Shown: piece after piece, positions 50,069-59,340 of the stretch
Layout of the letters: each line of letters begins with the position of its first letter
How positions within the stretch are numbered: the stretch's first letter is position 1
Virus record (IMG/VR): IMGVR_UViG_3300046616_000188
Reading direction: 5' to 3' (one strand)
DNA length: 64,000 nt
Source of the DNA: a virus
The notes under the pieces: generated by a model
The model's input: the letters and a program-made list of their open reading frames with translations, nothing else
The model's database searches: none
Told to the model about the DNA's origin: nothing
Translations under genes and position numbers: made by a program

Positions 50069-53000
50069 TTAAGCCGTGACAGGAATTGAGATAAAGTAAT
50101 CTTTAATATCAATGCCACGAGTTTGACGTAGGATACATCCAACCGTAGTGCCGTTCGTTACCGCGCCAGCGGCACGTGCCACATCACCGTTAGAGTTTAC
50201 GTAAATAGCTCCACCGGTATAGGCCGTAGGTGCGGTAGCTGAGTTAAGTAAAACGCGAGTTTCGTTGTTTAACAATGCAGGCTGATCAATAACGACGGCG
50301 TCTAGCGCAGTGTTGGCAACGGATAGAGTTCCCGTTACCAATAGAGTAGGCATTGGAACGGCTAGTTCGCCAGTTCTAGCGATAGGAGTCGATGTGGCAT
50401 AAGTCGCGTCATAGGCCAAGTTAGTAACTGTGCCATCCGTAACTACGATATGAATTCTATCAACGCGGCTGATGAGGCAACCCATATCTTCAGTCTTGAC
50501 AGTGTAGCTTGGGTTTGTTTCACCTTCGATCCAACGGCAGTCATAGCCCAAATGCTCGCTCCAGTTCGCCAATTGAACTACGGGGCGATGACGACGCCAC
50601 TGATAAGAACGTGTAATCGTTGCGTTAGGAAATTGAGCAAGAATTACGGACGTGTCAAAATCAGTATCTGTCGCATCAAGGGTTTGACCCACGGCACGCG
50701 TTCCAGTAACAACGGCACGTGTAATGATTGGAGGAGGAGCAACAACTACACCCTTATAGATGAAGTGATCGGACCAAGTAAAGCTCTGCATCGTTCCAGC
50801 CGTTGGGACATTAGTGTCGGTACGGCGTAACGTAGTTGTTACGTTGTGGAACACGATGCCACGGAAAATACCTGAAGTAGGTCTATCAATGCTGATGCCG
50901 TTGGCGCACTTCCAAATCAATTCATCATGAACCGCAATATCGGCACGATAAGGCTTGCCAGTGAAACCAGAAACCGAAATACCAGAATACGAGTGGGCAC
51001 GATTAATGTCGTACCAAGTATTGTCGTAAATTTCGTGGCTCATTGAGCCGCCTTGGTTGTCATACCCACCAATGCCATAACCAAACGAATAGCTATTCAT
51101 TTTGGCATGGGTGCAGGCGTTACGGCAGAATACTTGGAAGTCGCCTTCGTCCGTACCCTTAACGAAGTTATTTCCGTCCATTTTGTTGTCATGGCTGTAG
51201 ACATAGCTCGCCATATTCGTGACAAGGCAGCCTTTACCTGAAGAAGTTTTGACGCTGGCCATGTCGAGGAAGCAGTTACGAGCGATGAAGCCACGGTTCT
51301 TAGTCGTGAATCGATCTTCACGAAGCTGAACCGCGTCACCTTCAGCGGCATAAACCGGCTTGGTGTTGACCGTATCTAGAATGACGCGATCAGTATTATC
51401 TAAGTAAATACCATCGGACCAAACTCTATCGAGCGTTACGCGTCTCAGCGTAATATCGTTACCGTTCTGGAAGAACAGGCCTTGTGAGTTTTCATTCTTT
51501 GCCACGTAGCCGCAAGGATCGAACAAGCAGTCTTCAATTAACCAATTGCTACCTTGACGCTGCTGAAGCCCGCGCTGATTTCCAGCAATGTTCAGGTTTC
51601 TAATAGTGATATTGCTTAGGCCTTGAGTACCATCGGTGTATTGGTCGATACCGAAAGTAACGTTCGTACCAATAGTTGGCAGTCCGCCAGTGCCATAAGC
51701 ATCATACGTTCTGCTCGCACCAACGACTAGCTGAGTGGACCAAGAAGAGCCACGCTTTAGCAGGGCTGAGCCCGATGAAGTGATTGAACCAGTTCCGGTT
51801 AGGTTTTGCTTCGCCGTGTCAGGGGTTAGGCCATCGAAGCCGTCATTACCACCGGCAAGATCGTAATACGTGGCAGGGCCAAGAACCGTGGTTGGGGCGG
51901 AATAAACCGTGGTAGAGCCAATACCGTTTGTAGCGGTTACAGCGACACGAATTCTCTTGCCCAAGTCACCTGTGACAGGGACGTAGGTCGAAGTCGTTGC
52001 ACCTGAAATATTGGCCCAATCACCAGCATTAAGTGTTGCTTCTTGCTGCATCTGCATCGCGAAAGTCGTTGGCTGGTGATTCCACGAACCAAGCGTAATG
52101 TTGTGCGCCACACCAATTCTGTACTCAACCGCTGTCAAAGCTGGTAGAGATAGGTTAGCAGGGGCTGAGGTTTGAGCCGCAACGCTTTCAAGCGTGATGC
52201 CAGCCGTTGTAACGGTGTGGGTAAAGCTCGAATTAGAGTAAGTAACTTTAGCTGTGATAGACTTACCGGCATGCTCAGAGCGTGACGTAAATTTATTTTT
52301 ACCAAGTGCAAGACCTGTATAAGCGCCCCACGGAACATCGACGTAGCTCTGGCCCGCCGTGGGATCAACGGTGAAGTTGTTCGAGCCCGATCCGATGTTG
52401 GTCATGGCAAGTCTTAGACGCAGAAGATCAGTTCCGGCCCATGGACCAAAATCATTTGTTACAGTCGTTGTAATGACGCCAGTCGTGGCAGGAATAGCAG
52501 CGGTTCCCAGCGTTCCATGAACCATTTGAACCTCTGAGCCTTGGACCACACCCGCACTATCAACGCGGGCGAGATAGAGTCGAACGCTGACCTGAGAGTT
52601 CGGGCTTGAACTTTTAATAGTTGCGGAATAAAGCTGAGCCCCATCATTCTGACCCGCCGCAGTGGTTCCGCTCAGGTAGTAGTAATCACTTTCAGTGGTA
52701 AAAGGTGAGATGGAAGAGGCGTTCGTGTTTGAACCGCCATACGCGCTGGTGGAAAATCCTCTGGTGTAGTTCTGACCCTGTGGCAACGTTCCGAACGCAG
52801 CTGTGGTCTGAGCATAAAATCTCTTTGGCGATCTTGTGTCGTTGATTTTCACGTTATCGGCCTGCCATTCCCATGCCGTCTCAGCGGCGAAGTTGGTATA
52901 AACACCCGGAACGACTGAAATTTCAGAGCCAATTAGGTTTGTTCCAGATAGTGAAGGAGCCGTGGTTACAGCTGTATCGAGATAAGCAATCGGACCAATA

Positions 53001-53641
53001 GCGTTCGCGCTGACCCAAGCAGAAGTGCCAGCAGTGTTAACCGCTGCGACTTGCGCCGTAATATTGTCAAAGTCGTCGTCGGGCTGAAGAACATAAGTGC
53101 TCGCGTTCGCGCCGGGGATGAGGTAAGAACCACGGAGCCAGCGATACAGGAATGTAGTTGGGTTATTGGCCCAAGTGCCGGGATTTACTGTGAGAGTGCT
53201 ACCGACAAGGGCTGAACCAGTCGTGACAGGCGTGACAGTATTAGCCGCGAGTAAGTCCCAATGCCAGCCAGTGATATTTTTAATAAGGAAAGCCGAAGCT
53301 GTAACTTTCAGAGTATGGTCAATGCCGCGCGTCCCGAACGCGGTGAAGTCGTAGGTAAAGTCACCGTTCGCATCGGTAACAGCGGTTTTAGCCGCAGCGC
53401 CATCTAGGGAAAGAGTAACACTCAGTCCTTCAACGAGATTACCCGGAGAAAGAAGTCGGCCCGTAACAACAGGCGTCGTGTCGGTTCTCACGAGCAAGGA
53501 TGCACCGGTTCCGCCACCACTATTAATGTCGGAGATTTGCACTTTGTACGGCACGCCGTTATCGTCTACCAGAAGTAATGAACCTGTGGCGATGGCGTCA
53601 ACCGGGGCTGAATCAAGAGTTTCTACTGAGATACGTGCCAT
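50069..53641 (-). CDS. 1190-aa multidomain fibre/spike: Ig-like repeats plus a beta-helix
   Basis: Repeated P..TG...VG.TL.V.PG.W modules; TYYDLAGGNDGFDGLTPDTAK beta-helix cap. Confidence 0.75.
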   Translation of the reverse strand: MARISVETLDSAPVDAIATGSLLLVDDNGVPYKVQISDINSGGGTGASLLVRTDTTPVVTGRLLSPGNLVEGLSVTLSLDGAAAKTAVTDANGDFTYDFTAFGTRGIDHTLKVTASAFLIKNITGWHWDLLAANTVTPVTTGSALVGSTLTVNPGTWANNPTTFLYRWLRGSYLIPGANASTYVLQPDDDFDNITAQVAAVNTAGTSAWVSANAIGPIAYLDTAVTTAPSLSGTNLIGSEISVVPGVYTNFAAETAWEWQADNVKINDTRSPKRFYAQTTAAFGTLPQGQNYTRGFSTSAYGGSNTNASSISPFTTESDYYYLSGTTAAGQNDGAQLYSATIKSSSPNSQVSVRLYLARVDSAGVVQGSEVQMVHGTLGTAAIPATTGVITTTVTNDFGPWAGTDLLRLRLAMTNIGSGSNNFTVDPTAGQSYVDVPWGAYTGLALGKNKFTSRSEHAGKSITAKVTYSNSSFTHTVTTAGITLESVAAQTSAPANLSLPALTAVEYRIGVAHNITLGSWNHQPTTFAMQMQQEATLNAGDWANISGATTSTYVPVTGDLGKRIRVAVTATNGIGSTTVYSAPTTVLGPATYYDLAGGNDGFDGLTPDTAKQNLTGTGSITSSGSALLKRGSSWSTQLVVGASRTYDAYGTGGLPTIGTNVTFGIDQYTDGTQGLSNITIRNLNIAGNQRGLQQRQGSNWLIEDCLFDPCGYVAKNENSQGLFFQNGNDITLRRVTLDRVWSDGIYLDNTDRVILDTVNTKPVYAAEGDAVQLREDRFTTKNRGFIARNCFLDMASVKTSSGKGCLVTNMASYVYSHDNKMDGNNFVKGTDEGDFQVFCRNACTHAKMNSYSFGYGIGGYDNQGGSMSHEIYDNTWYDINRAHSYSGISVSGFTGKPYRADIAVHDELIWKCANGISIDRPTSGIFRGIVFHNVTTTLRRTDTNVPTAGTMQSFTWSDHFIYKGVVVAPPPIITRAVVTGTRAVGQTLDATDTDFDTSVILAQFPNATITRSYQWRRHRPVVQLANWSEHLGYDCRWIEGETNPSYTVKTEDMGCLISRVDRIHIVVTDGTVTNLAYDATYATSTPIARTGELAVPMPTLLVTGTLSVANTALDAVVIDQPALLNNETRVLLNSATAPTAYTGGAIYVNSNGDVARAAGAVTNGTTVGCILRQTRGIDIKDYFISIPVTA

Positions 53642-53646
53642 AAATA

Positions 53647-54126
53647 TTATTGCTCCAAAAGATCGATCAGTGTAGCGAGGGAGACCCTTCTAGAGCCTTG
53701 GTCCGTTACGATGAAAGTGTAGCCAGTAAGTGTGGCTGTTGAATTTAATTCATTTAAAAATTTATCTTGAAGGGTATGGAGGCCAACATCGTCAGCGGCT
53801 CTATCGCCGGAATACGCAACATTGTCCAAAGCTTCATCAAGTAATAGGAGGGAAAACTCATTCTGCGGATCGGTAGAACCGCCGCCACCACCGGGACCGC
53901 CATTGCTGCCGCCGTCTCCATTGTCGCCGCCGCCCGTATCACCACCTCCACCACCAGTACCCCCGCCTCCGGGGTTTTGGGCAGGCTTTTTGATTTCATT
54001 TTCAAGATCGGGATTGCCGATATAAAAATGAACTTTACCAATAGACCAACGAACTTTCTTCCCGCTCTTGGCGTGAAAAAATGAACGTCTCAATCTATTG
54101 TTAAGGGAGGAGCCACGAATCGCCAT
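53647..54126 (-). CDS. Hypothetical protein with a Gly-rich linker
   Basis: GGGGTGGGGGDTGGG linker; C-terminal motif resembling the N-terminus of the 1190-aa protein. Confidence 0.65.
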   Translation of the reverse strand: MAIRGSSLNNRLRRSFFHAKSGKKVRWSIGKVHFYIGNPDLENEIKKPAQNPGGGGTGGGGGDTGGGDNGDGGSNGGPGGGGGSTDPQNEFSLLLLDEALDNVAYSGDRAADDVGLHTLQDKFLNELNSTATLTGYTFIVTDQGSRRVSLATLIDLLEQ

Positions 54127-54131
54127 GTACG

Positions 54132-54392
54132 TTAGACCGTAAGGACTTTGACGACTACTTCTTGGGCGGGACAGCGGATAAAGATTTTATCGGCATTTGC
54201 AGTGAGAGACGATGCGCTGAAATTGTCGTCTGAATCGATAGACACGAAATCCGGGGTATTATCTGCCGGTGTGTCTGGCCCGATGAAAAGGTCAAGATCG
54301 AATTGCTTATTTGCGAAAATAAAAACTTCAGTGGTATTGAATGCAACTAGAACCCAGCTAGCTCCAACGGTATAAGCCTTAGATGCGGCCAT
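54132..54392 (-). CDS. Small putative virion protein
   Basis: 86 aa, first gene after a promoter. Confidence 0.6.
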   Translation of the reverse strand: MAASKAYTVGASWVLVAFNTTEVFIFANKQFDLDLFIGPDTPADNTPDFVSIDSDDNFSASSLTANADKIFIRCPAQEVVVKVLTV

Positions 54393-54428
54393 AATAAAAA
54401 TCCCTAAAATGAATGTATTTTAGGGATC

Positions 54429-54457
54429 AATATAACATTAATTTTTAAAAAAGTCAA
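54429..54457 (-). promoter_or_regulatory. sigma70-like promoter
   Basis: TTGACT-N17-TATATT. Confidence 0.7.
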
Positions 54458-54464
54458 GTCTTTT

Positions 54465-55641
54465 TTAGTTTGACCATTTCTTTAAACTACTGGCGAGGAA
54501 AGCGCCTAGATCAGTGTACTGAGATTCATTGGGATGGTTGGCGTTATACATCCAGCCCTTGCCATTTAACGTGACCCAATCGGTGTAGCGCGCGGCTTGG
54601 TCTATCATTGGCAGGCTATTTGTTACTGCCAATTTCTTTAACGCCGTGTTAAACTGCTGTTGCACCGTGTCAGTAATAGTATCGACGCGGGACGGATTAC
54701 CTGTCATCAGTAGTACATCGGCCCCGCCAGCCTTCGCCGCGTTAATGATGGACTGCATCTGCGTGGGGTAAGTCGTGTTATACGTTGTTGGTGAGAGAAG
54801 TGCGTTATTGATGGTGAGATCGATAATCACTAGATCAGCGTCGGAGCAATATGTCGTAACAGCGTTAAGCGCGGACCATGGGTTGGTTGCGCCGATCCAA
54901 TCCGAGGATTGGCTCGTGCAATTGCCAATGCTCCAAATATCGAAAGCTTTGACCGAGTCGTCCCACGCCCTGACACCTATCACGAAGGCATTTCCTGAAT
55001 CTCTGGTAATGTTAAGGGTGTGTGTCCCGGTACTGCCACAATCAATAATCGTGCTTCGCAGAGCGTTTGTTCCGTTCTGGCTCAGCACTGTGCCTGTGCC
55101 GCCGTCAATGTTATAATTGATCGCACCAGCCGTAGTTAACAGTATCGATTAGTTCGAATTTGGAGACAGGAATTGTCGGTGTGTAGCTTAAAATACTGGT
55201 CGTATCCGCCGTGTTAGTGAATAGGCAACCACCCGCCGTGGTCGAAGTCGATAGGACCCAACCAGCTGACGCTGGGTTAAATCCCGGCTTAACCGAGTTA
55301 CGATTTTCAGTGATTGTGACTACTGTCGTGGTAAGTCCTGAACTGCCAATTTTATTTTCATTAACCGCAGGAGTGCCGAGCGCTGTGAGGGAAGCCGCGA
55401 GTTTAGCGGGCCAAGACTTAGGCATGCAGCCGGTTCTCGCGGTGGCACCTGTGCCAGAGCCTTCACCAAACGTGGTACTATCTCCGATGCAAATGATTTT
55501 GCCTCGTCCCGTACCAGCCGCGATGCGCGCCATGGCGGCTCGCGTCTTATTAAATTGCGTGGCTTTGAAATTGAACTGCCCCGGTATCAGTATCGCACCA
55601 GCCGTAGTTACTATTTTTCTTTGATTATTACTTATAGCCAT
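54465..55641 (-). pseudogene. SGNH hydrolase split by a +1 frameshift near 55138 (or a sequencing error)
   Basis: Block I CIGDST in the 176-aa ORF, HP motif in the 207-aa ORF; removing one base gives a 391-aa protein. Confidence 0.75.
55120..55610. repeat. 19-bp exact direct repeat ATCGCACCAGCCGTAGTTA at 55120 and 55592
   Basis: Direct sequence match, 472 bp apart. Confidence 0.9.
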
Positions 55642-55646
55642 GACTA

Positions 55647-55680
55647 AAATGCCCTCAAACGCTTATTTTGAGGGCATATT
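55647..55680 (-). terminator. Putative terminator overlapping the -10 box of the next promoter
   Basis: ATGCCCTCAAA / TTTGAGGGCAT inverted repeat with T tract. Confidence 0.6.
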
Positions 55681-55704
55681 AGCATTAAATGTTTAAAAAG
55701 TCAA
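55676..55704 (-). promoter_or_regulatory. sigma70-like promoter
   Basis: TTGACT-N17-TAATAT. Confidence 0.7.
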
Positions 55705-56429
55705 GAAATATGCAGTTTAGCCATTTCTTCGCAGATATCATCGCCGGGTACGAGCATTGAAATGCCAGTATACGAACCAATTTTCTGAGGCGATACACCT
55801 TTGCTAGGGTCGTCTGGATCATTAGGAACCATGGCATATCCGGCAGGACCATTAAGAATTGCGTCGTTCAGACCAATAACTTCACCGTCTACATTGAAGA
55901 CTGGACCGCCGCTCATGCCGGGGGCAACGGTTAGATCGGCGGGGAGAATATTATATTCTGTGAATGGATTTGATTCTTTGGGGCCAGCAATTTTACCAAA
56001 AGTCGTAATAAATTCTAAGATAGTGGGGTTGCCCATAGAGATAATATCTTGGCCTAGTTTAACTGGCTCACAGGACAATTTTGCTTTCTTTAATGCTTTA
56101 CCGGCTTTAATTGGCTTGAGAAATGCCATATCTTTTTCAGGGATAAGTTTGACGATTTCAAGGTCAAAAATCGTCCCATCAGGCGTTTTTCCGATAAATT
56201 TAGCTGATTTTGGGCCTTTTTCACCACCAAAAACGTGATTTACCGACAAAATTAGCCCATTTTCGATAAAAACGCCACTCCCATGGCCCATTTCTTCGTT
56301 TTTTTCATCAATTGCTTCAATTTTAACCACTGAAGTCATCATTTTGTCGTAATCTGGAGTCTTATTATCAAAGTAAGCGAAACTTGATAGGCCTATGATG
56401 GCTGCTGCCGCAACAATTGCAATTTTCAT
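55701..56429 (-). CDS. Trypsin-like (S1C/DegP-type) serine protease with N-terminal signal/anchor, no PDZ
   Basis: GSGV...SVNHV (His), KDMAFL (Asp), PGMSGGPV (Ser). Confidence 0.92.
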   Translation of the reverse strand: MKIAIVAAAAIIGLSSFAYFDNKTPDYDKMMTSVVKIEAIDEKNEEMGHGSGVFIENGLILSVNHVFGGEKGPKSAKFIGKTPDGTIFDLEIVKLIPEKDMAFLKPIKAGKALKKAKLSCEPVKLGQDIISMGNPTILEFITTFGKIAGPKESNPFTEYNILPADLTVAPGMSGGPVFNVDGEVIGLNDAILNGPAGYAMVPNDPDDPSKGVSPQKIGSYTGISMLVPGDDICEEMAKLHIS

Positions 56430-56600
56430 AATGATTATGTTCCCATTTATTTCCGAGTAGCATGGCACATAATGCATAAAATGTCAAGAATTAAATCAAT
56501 GGTCCAAAAAGTTAAAATCTAAGTCATTGATATAACTTGTGGTGAAAATTTTTTTGGAGGGTAAGGGTGGACCCAAATTGGATAAAGGTACTTACACCCC

Positions 56601-56629
56601 TTGACAAAAATTATAATTTATGTTATAGG
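56601..56629 (+). promoter_or_regulatory. sigma70-like promoter
   Basis: TTGACA-N17-TATAGG. Confidence 0.7.
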
Positions 56630-56662
56630 AGTGTATAAACTTTAATATTTTAGGAATTTTAA

Positions 56663-57244
56663 GTGAAAACAAAACAAATGTTAGAAAAGGAAGCTAAACT
56701 TCCTTACGAGTGGGCCGAGCAAGTTTTACGTTACGATTCTGATACTGGAAAATTATTTTGGAAAGAGCGTGATTCTTCGTTTTTTGCTAACTGGCAGCAT
56801 GATGGAATCGCAGCCGCTAAATCCTTTAATGATATGTTTGCCGGTAAAGAAACTTTTAATATTGTTTCCCAAAAAGGTTATAAGCGTGGAAAAGTTTTTG
56901 GGACTCCTTACTCTGCCCACAGGATGGCTTGGTTGTTGACATACGGCGTGTGGCCCGAAGGGGAAATAGATCACATTAACGGCGATAAAATCGATAACCG
57001 TATTGAAAATTTACGCGATGTCACCACTGAAATAAATAATAAAAACAAACTACTTGTCAGTTCAAAGAACACAAGCGGTTATTCAGGAGTCAGCTGGGTA
57101 AAATCCAAGAAAAAGTGGAAAGCTGCTATTATGGTTGATAAAAAGAAAAAATTCCTTGGTTACTTCCACGATAAAGAAAAGGCAAATGAGGCTGTGCTGG
57201 CCGCTAGGCCTCAAGCCGGTTACACCGAGCGTCATGGTACGTAA
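56663..57244 (+). CDS. HNH endonuclease with AP2-like DNA-binding domain
   Basis: AHRMAW...EIDHINGDKIDNRIENLR; NTSGYSGVSW...KWKAAI...FLGYF. Confidence 0.93.
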   Translation: MKTKQMLEKEAKLPYEWAEQVLRYDSDTGKLFWKERDSSFFANWQHDGIAAAKSFNDMFAGKETFNIVSQKGYKRGKVFGTPYSAHRMAWLLTYGVWPEGEIDHINGDKIDNRIENLRDVTTEINNKNKLLVSSKNTSGYSGVSWVKSKKKWKAAIMVDKKKKFLGYFHDKEKANEAVLAARPQAGYTERHGT

Positions 57245-57425
57245 TCTCCGTATCACTTGTAGTGCCGTAAAAATTTTTAGGTAAGGGTAGCAATGTGCCG
57301 GGGAGGCTTTGCCACAACTTGTGTTGTATACTCGTTACGGTAGTAAGGACGGATTCGAGGCCACCATGGGGTGTGGCCTTGGGTCCCTCCTCATTTTAAA
57401 TCAATAATAGATTCAAGTCAACTCA

Positions 57426-57632
57426 TTAATGCATTACCTCATCACAATATGTTTCAACCATTTCAATATTTTCTATTTTAAACTCAATGTTCATAGGCGA
57501 GTCCGCCTTATTCACTGCGTCTTCAATGGTGCGACATGCAATGAGTGAGTCGTATGGTGCATAGGGCAACGTTACATCCATGTCTGTTACAGGGTTATGC
57601 AGGACAAGGAACAATGTGAATATCGTATTCAT
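57426..57632 (-). CDS. Small protein with hydrophobic N-terminus
   Basis: 68 aa, GGAG RBS. Confidence 0.6.
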   Translation of the reverse strand: MNTIFTLFLVLHNPVTDMDVTLPYAPYDSLIACRTIEDAVNKADSPMNIEFKIENIEMVETYCDEVMH

Positions 57633-57680
57633 TCGCGTTCTCCTATGGTGTGGCGCATGGCGTGGCGTGCATGCCTCGCA

Positions 57681-57881
57681 TCATCCCATTAAGTAAGTGA
57701 ATACAGGTAGGACAAGCCATGTATCAACGGCTTGCGTGTATGCGTTGCTACCTGCTATCCAATGCACAATGAACGATGACACGATGCATGTACCTGTCGC
57801 ACCATAGGCAAGAGCAAGGCTTGTGCCGACTGCATCTATCACTTGAGCTTGCGCCTTGCGGTATGTGGTACGGTTAAGCAT
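57681..57881 (-). CDS. Small membrane protein
   Basis: 66 aa, AAGGAG RBS, two hydrophobic stretches. Confidence 0.55.
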   Translation of the reverse strand: MLNRTTYRKAQAQVIDAVGTSLALAYGATGTCIVSSFIVHWIAGSNAYTQAVDTWLVLPVFTYLMG

Positions 57882-57921
57882 GTCGTTAACTCCTTTGTTC
57901 ATACATAGACCATATAGAACA

Positions 57922-57952
57922 ATGTAAGATAACGCAATACATTATCTTACAT
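57922..57952. repeat. Early palindrome variant
   Basis: ATGTAAGATAA-N9-TTATCTTACAT. Confidence 0.65.
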
Positions 57953-58071
57953 CAATCATAATCTATTATATATTACATATCACTAATGAATATATAATGT
58001 ATAATAGATTAACCTATGCAGCAGGTAGGCTATGGGCCATGCACCATATGGAGCATGGCCTATAGATGGGC

Positions 58072-58566
58072 TTATACCTTGATAAGCGTGCGCTGATGCA
58101 TGCACTGGATATTATAACCGCCAGCAACGATTGTGTTGATGGTAACGACCTTGCGGCCCTTGTCAGTCATGACAACAAAAACCCCGTCAAAGCCGTTTGC
58201 AGAACGGGAATAATCAGAAGAAACAACTTCCAGAATTCCGGCCTTTTCCAGCTTTGCCGAAATGCTCGCATTGCGCTTTGCTATGGTCGCGGCGCAATTT
58301 TTCGTAACGAATTCTTCAACCATTTTCGGGCTGCGACCGTAAAAAACGTTCCACCATGTTTTGCCGCCAGCAACGTTGAAAAGACCGTCATAATAAGCGC
58401 TTTCACCCATGGCGCGGCGCTTAGCTGAATTCTCGGCAACATATTCTTTGATTGCAGCAACGCGGCCCTTTGCCCATTCCTGCTGTCTAGCAACGAATTC
58501 TGCATCAAGCTCAACAAAGATGGAAGCAAGAGCGGTTTCGATGGCTTGGAATGTCTTGTAGGTCAT
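58072..58566 (-). CDS. Early hypothetical protein
   Basis: 164 aa; leader AAGGAAATACGGAA shared with other early genes. Confidence 0.8.
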   Translation of the reverse strand: MTYKTFQAIETALASIFVELDAEFVARQQEWAKGRVAAIKEYVAENSAKRRAMGESAYYDGLFNVAGGKTWWNVFYGRSPKMVEEFVTKNCAATIAKRNASISAKLEKAGILEVVSSDYSRSANGFDGVFVVMTDKGRKVVTINTIVAGGYNIQCMHQRTLIKV

Positions 58567-58881
58567 TTCCGTATTTCCTTGTTTCGATGATTTAATTTCG
58601 CACGATTCGCTTTTTCTTACAAGCGGAATCTTTCAAAAATTTCACTTTTTTATTGTTTAAGAATTTCGAACAAAATCACTTCATTGTTTACCGTGAACGG
58701 AAAGAGAACAAATCGCACGGCGAAGTTTTCCGATACATGATAGCGCAGATGTAAGAAAACGCTTCTATGGCCTTCTATGGCGGTTTAAATCGCCGTGAAC
58801 AAACGTTCTCTAAACGTTCCGTTTTTGTACCGAAATAAAAAGCGCGCAAGGGGCGCGTTCACATCCTACTGAATTAAAAAT

Positions 58882-58910
58882 AGAATAAATAAAAAATTGA
58901 TTCTTGGCAA
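58882..58910 (-). promoter_or_regulatory. sigma70-like promoter in a long non-coding gap
   Basis: TTGCCA-N17-TATTCT. Confidence 0.55.
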
Positions 58911-59099
58911 GCCCCTTTAAAAATAAAAATCGCGCTCCACAAAAAGCCTTTTAGAGCCTTGTGGAACGCGTTTAACAGTTTTGGCTAGGGCAATCCGCCC
59001 TAACCCCTATTTGCTTATCCTAGGCCATTCTAGAGCGGCCAAATGCACCATAGCAGCACGCAAGCCGCGATAAATCCCGCTAGTTGAAACAATCCGATT

Positions 59100-59339
59100 C
59101 TAGCTCCTTTTCGGCCTAGTTGCGGGAATGGCGATTCTTTGCCCATTAGCGAACCGGCAAGAGGCGAAACGCTCCTTAACGTCGTCTAGCGCGTCACTGT
59201 AAACGATTCGATTGGAGGGGCTGTTATTGATCGTTTCGGCCATGGCAAAGCAGGAGTCTTGCGTGCCAATGTCAAACCGCGACAATGTTGCGGTTTGATC
59301 GGGCGAATTGAGGATTAGAACAAGGATTAGCTTTTCCAT
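59100..59339 (-). CDS. Small protein with hydrophobic N-terminus
   Basis: 79 aa, MEKLILVLIL; ends in TAG. Confidence 0.6.
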   Translation of the reverse strand: MEKLILVLILNSPDQTATLSRFDIGTQDSCFAMAETINNSPSNRIVYSDALDDVKERFASCRFANGQRIAIPATRPKRS

Positions 59340-59340
59340 G

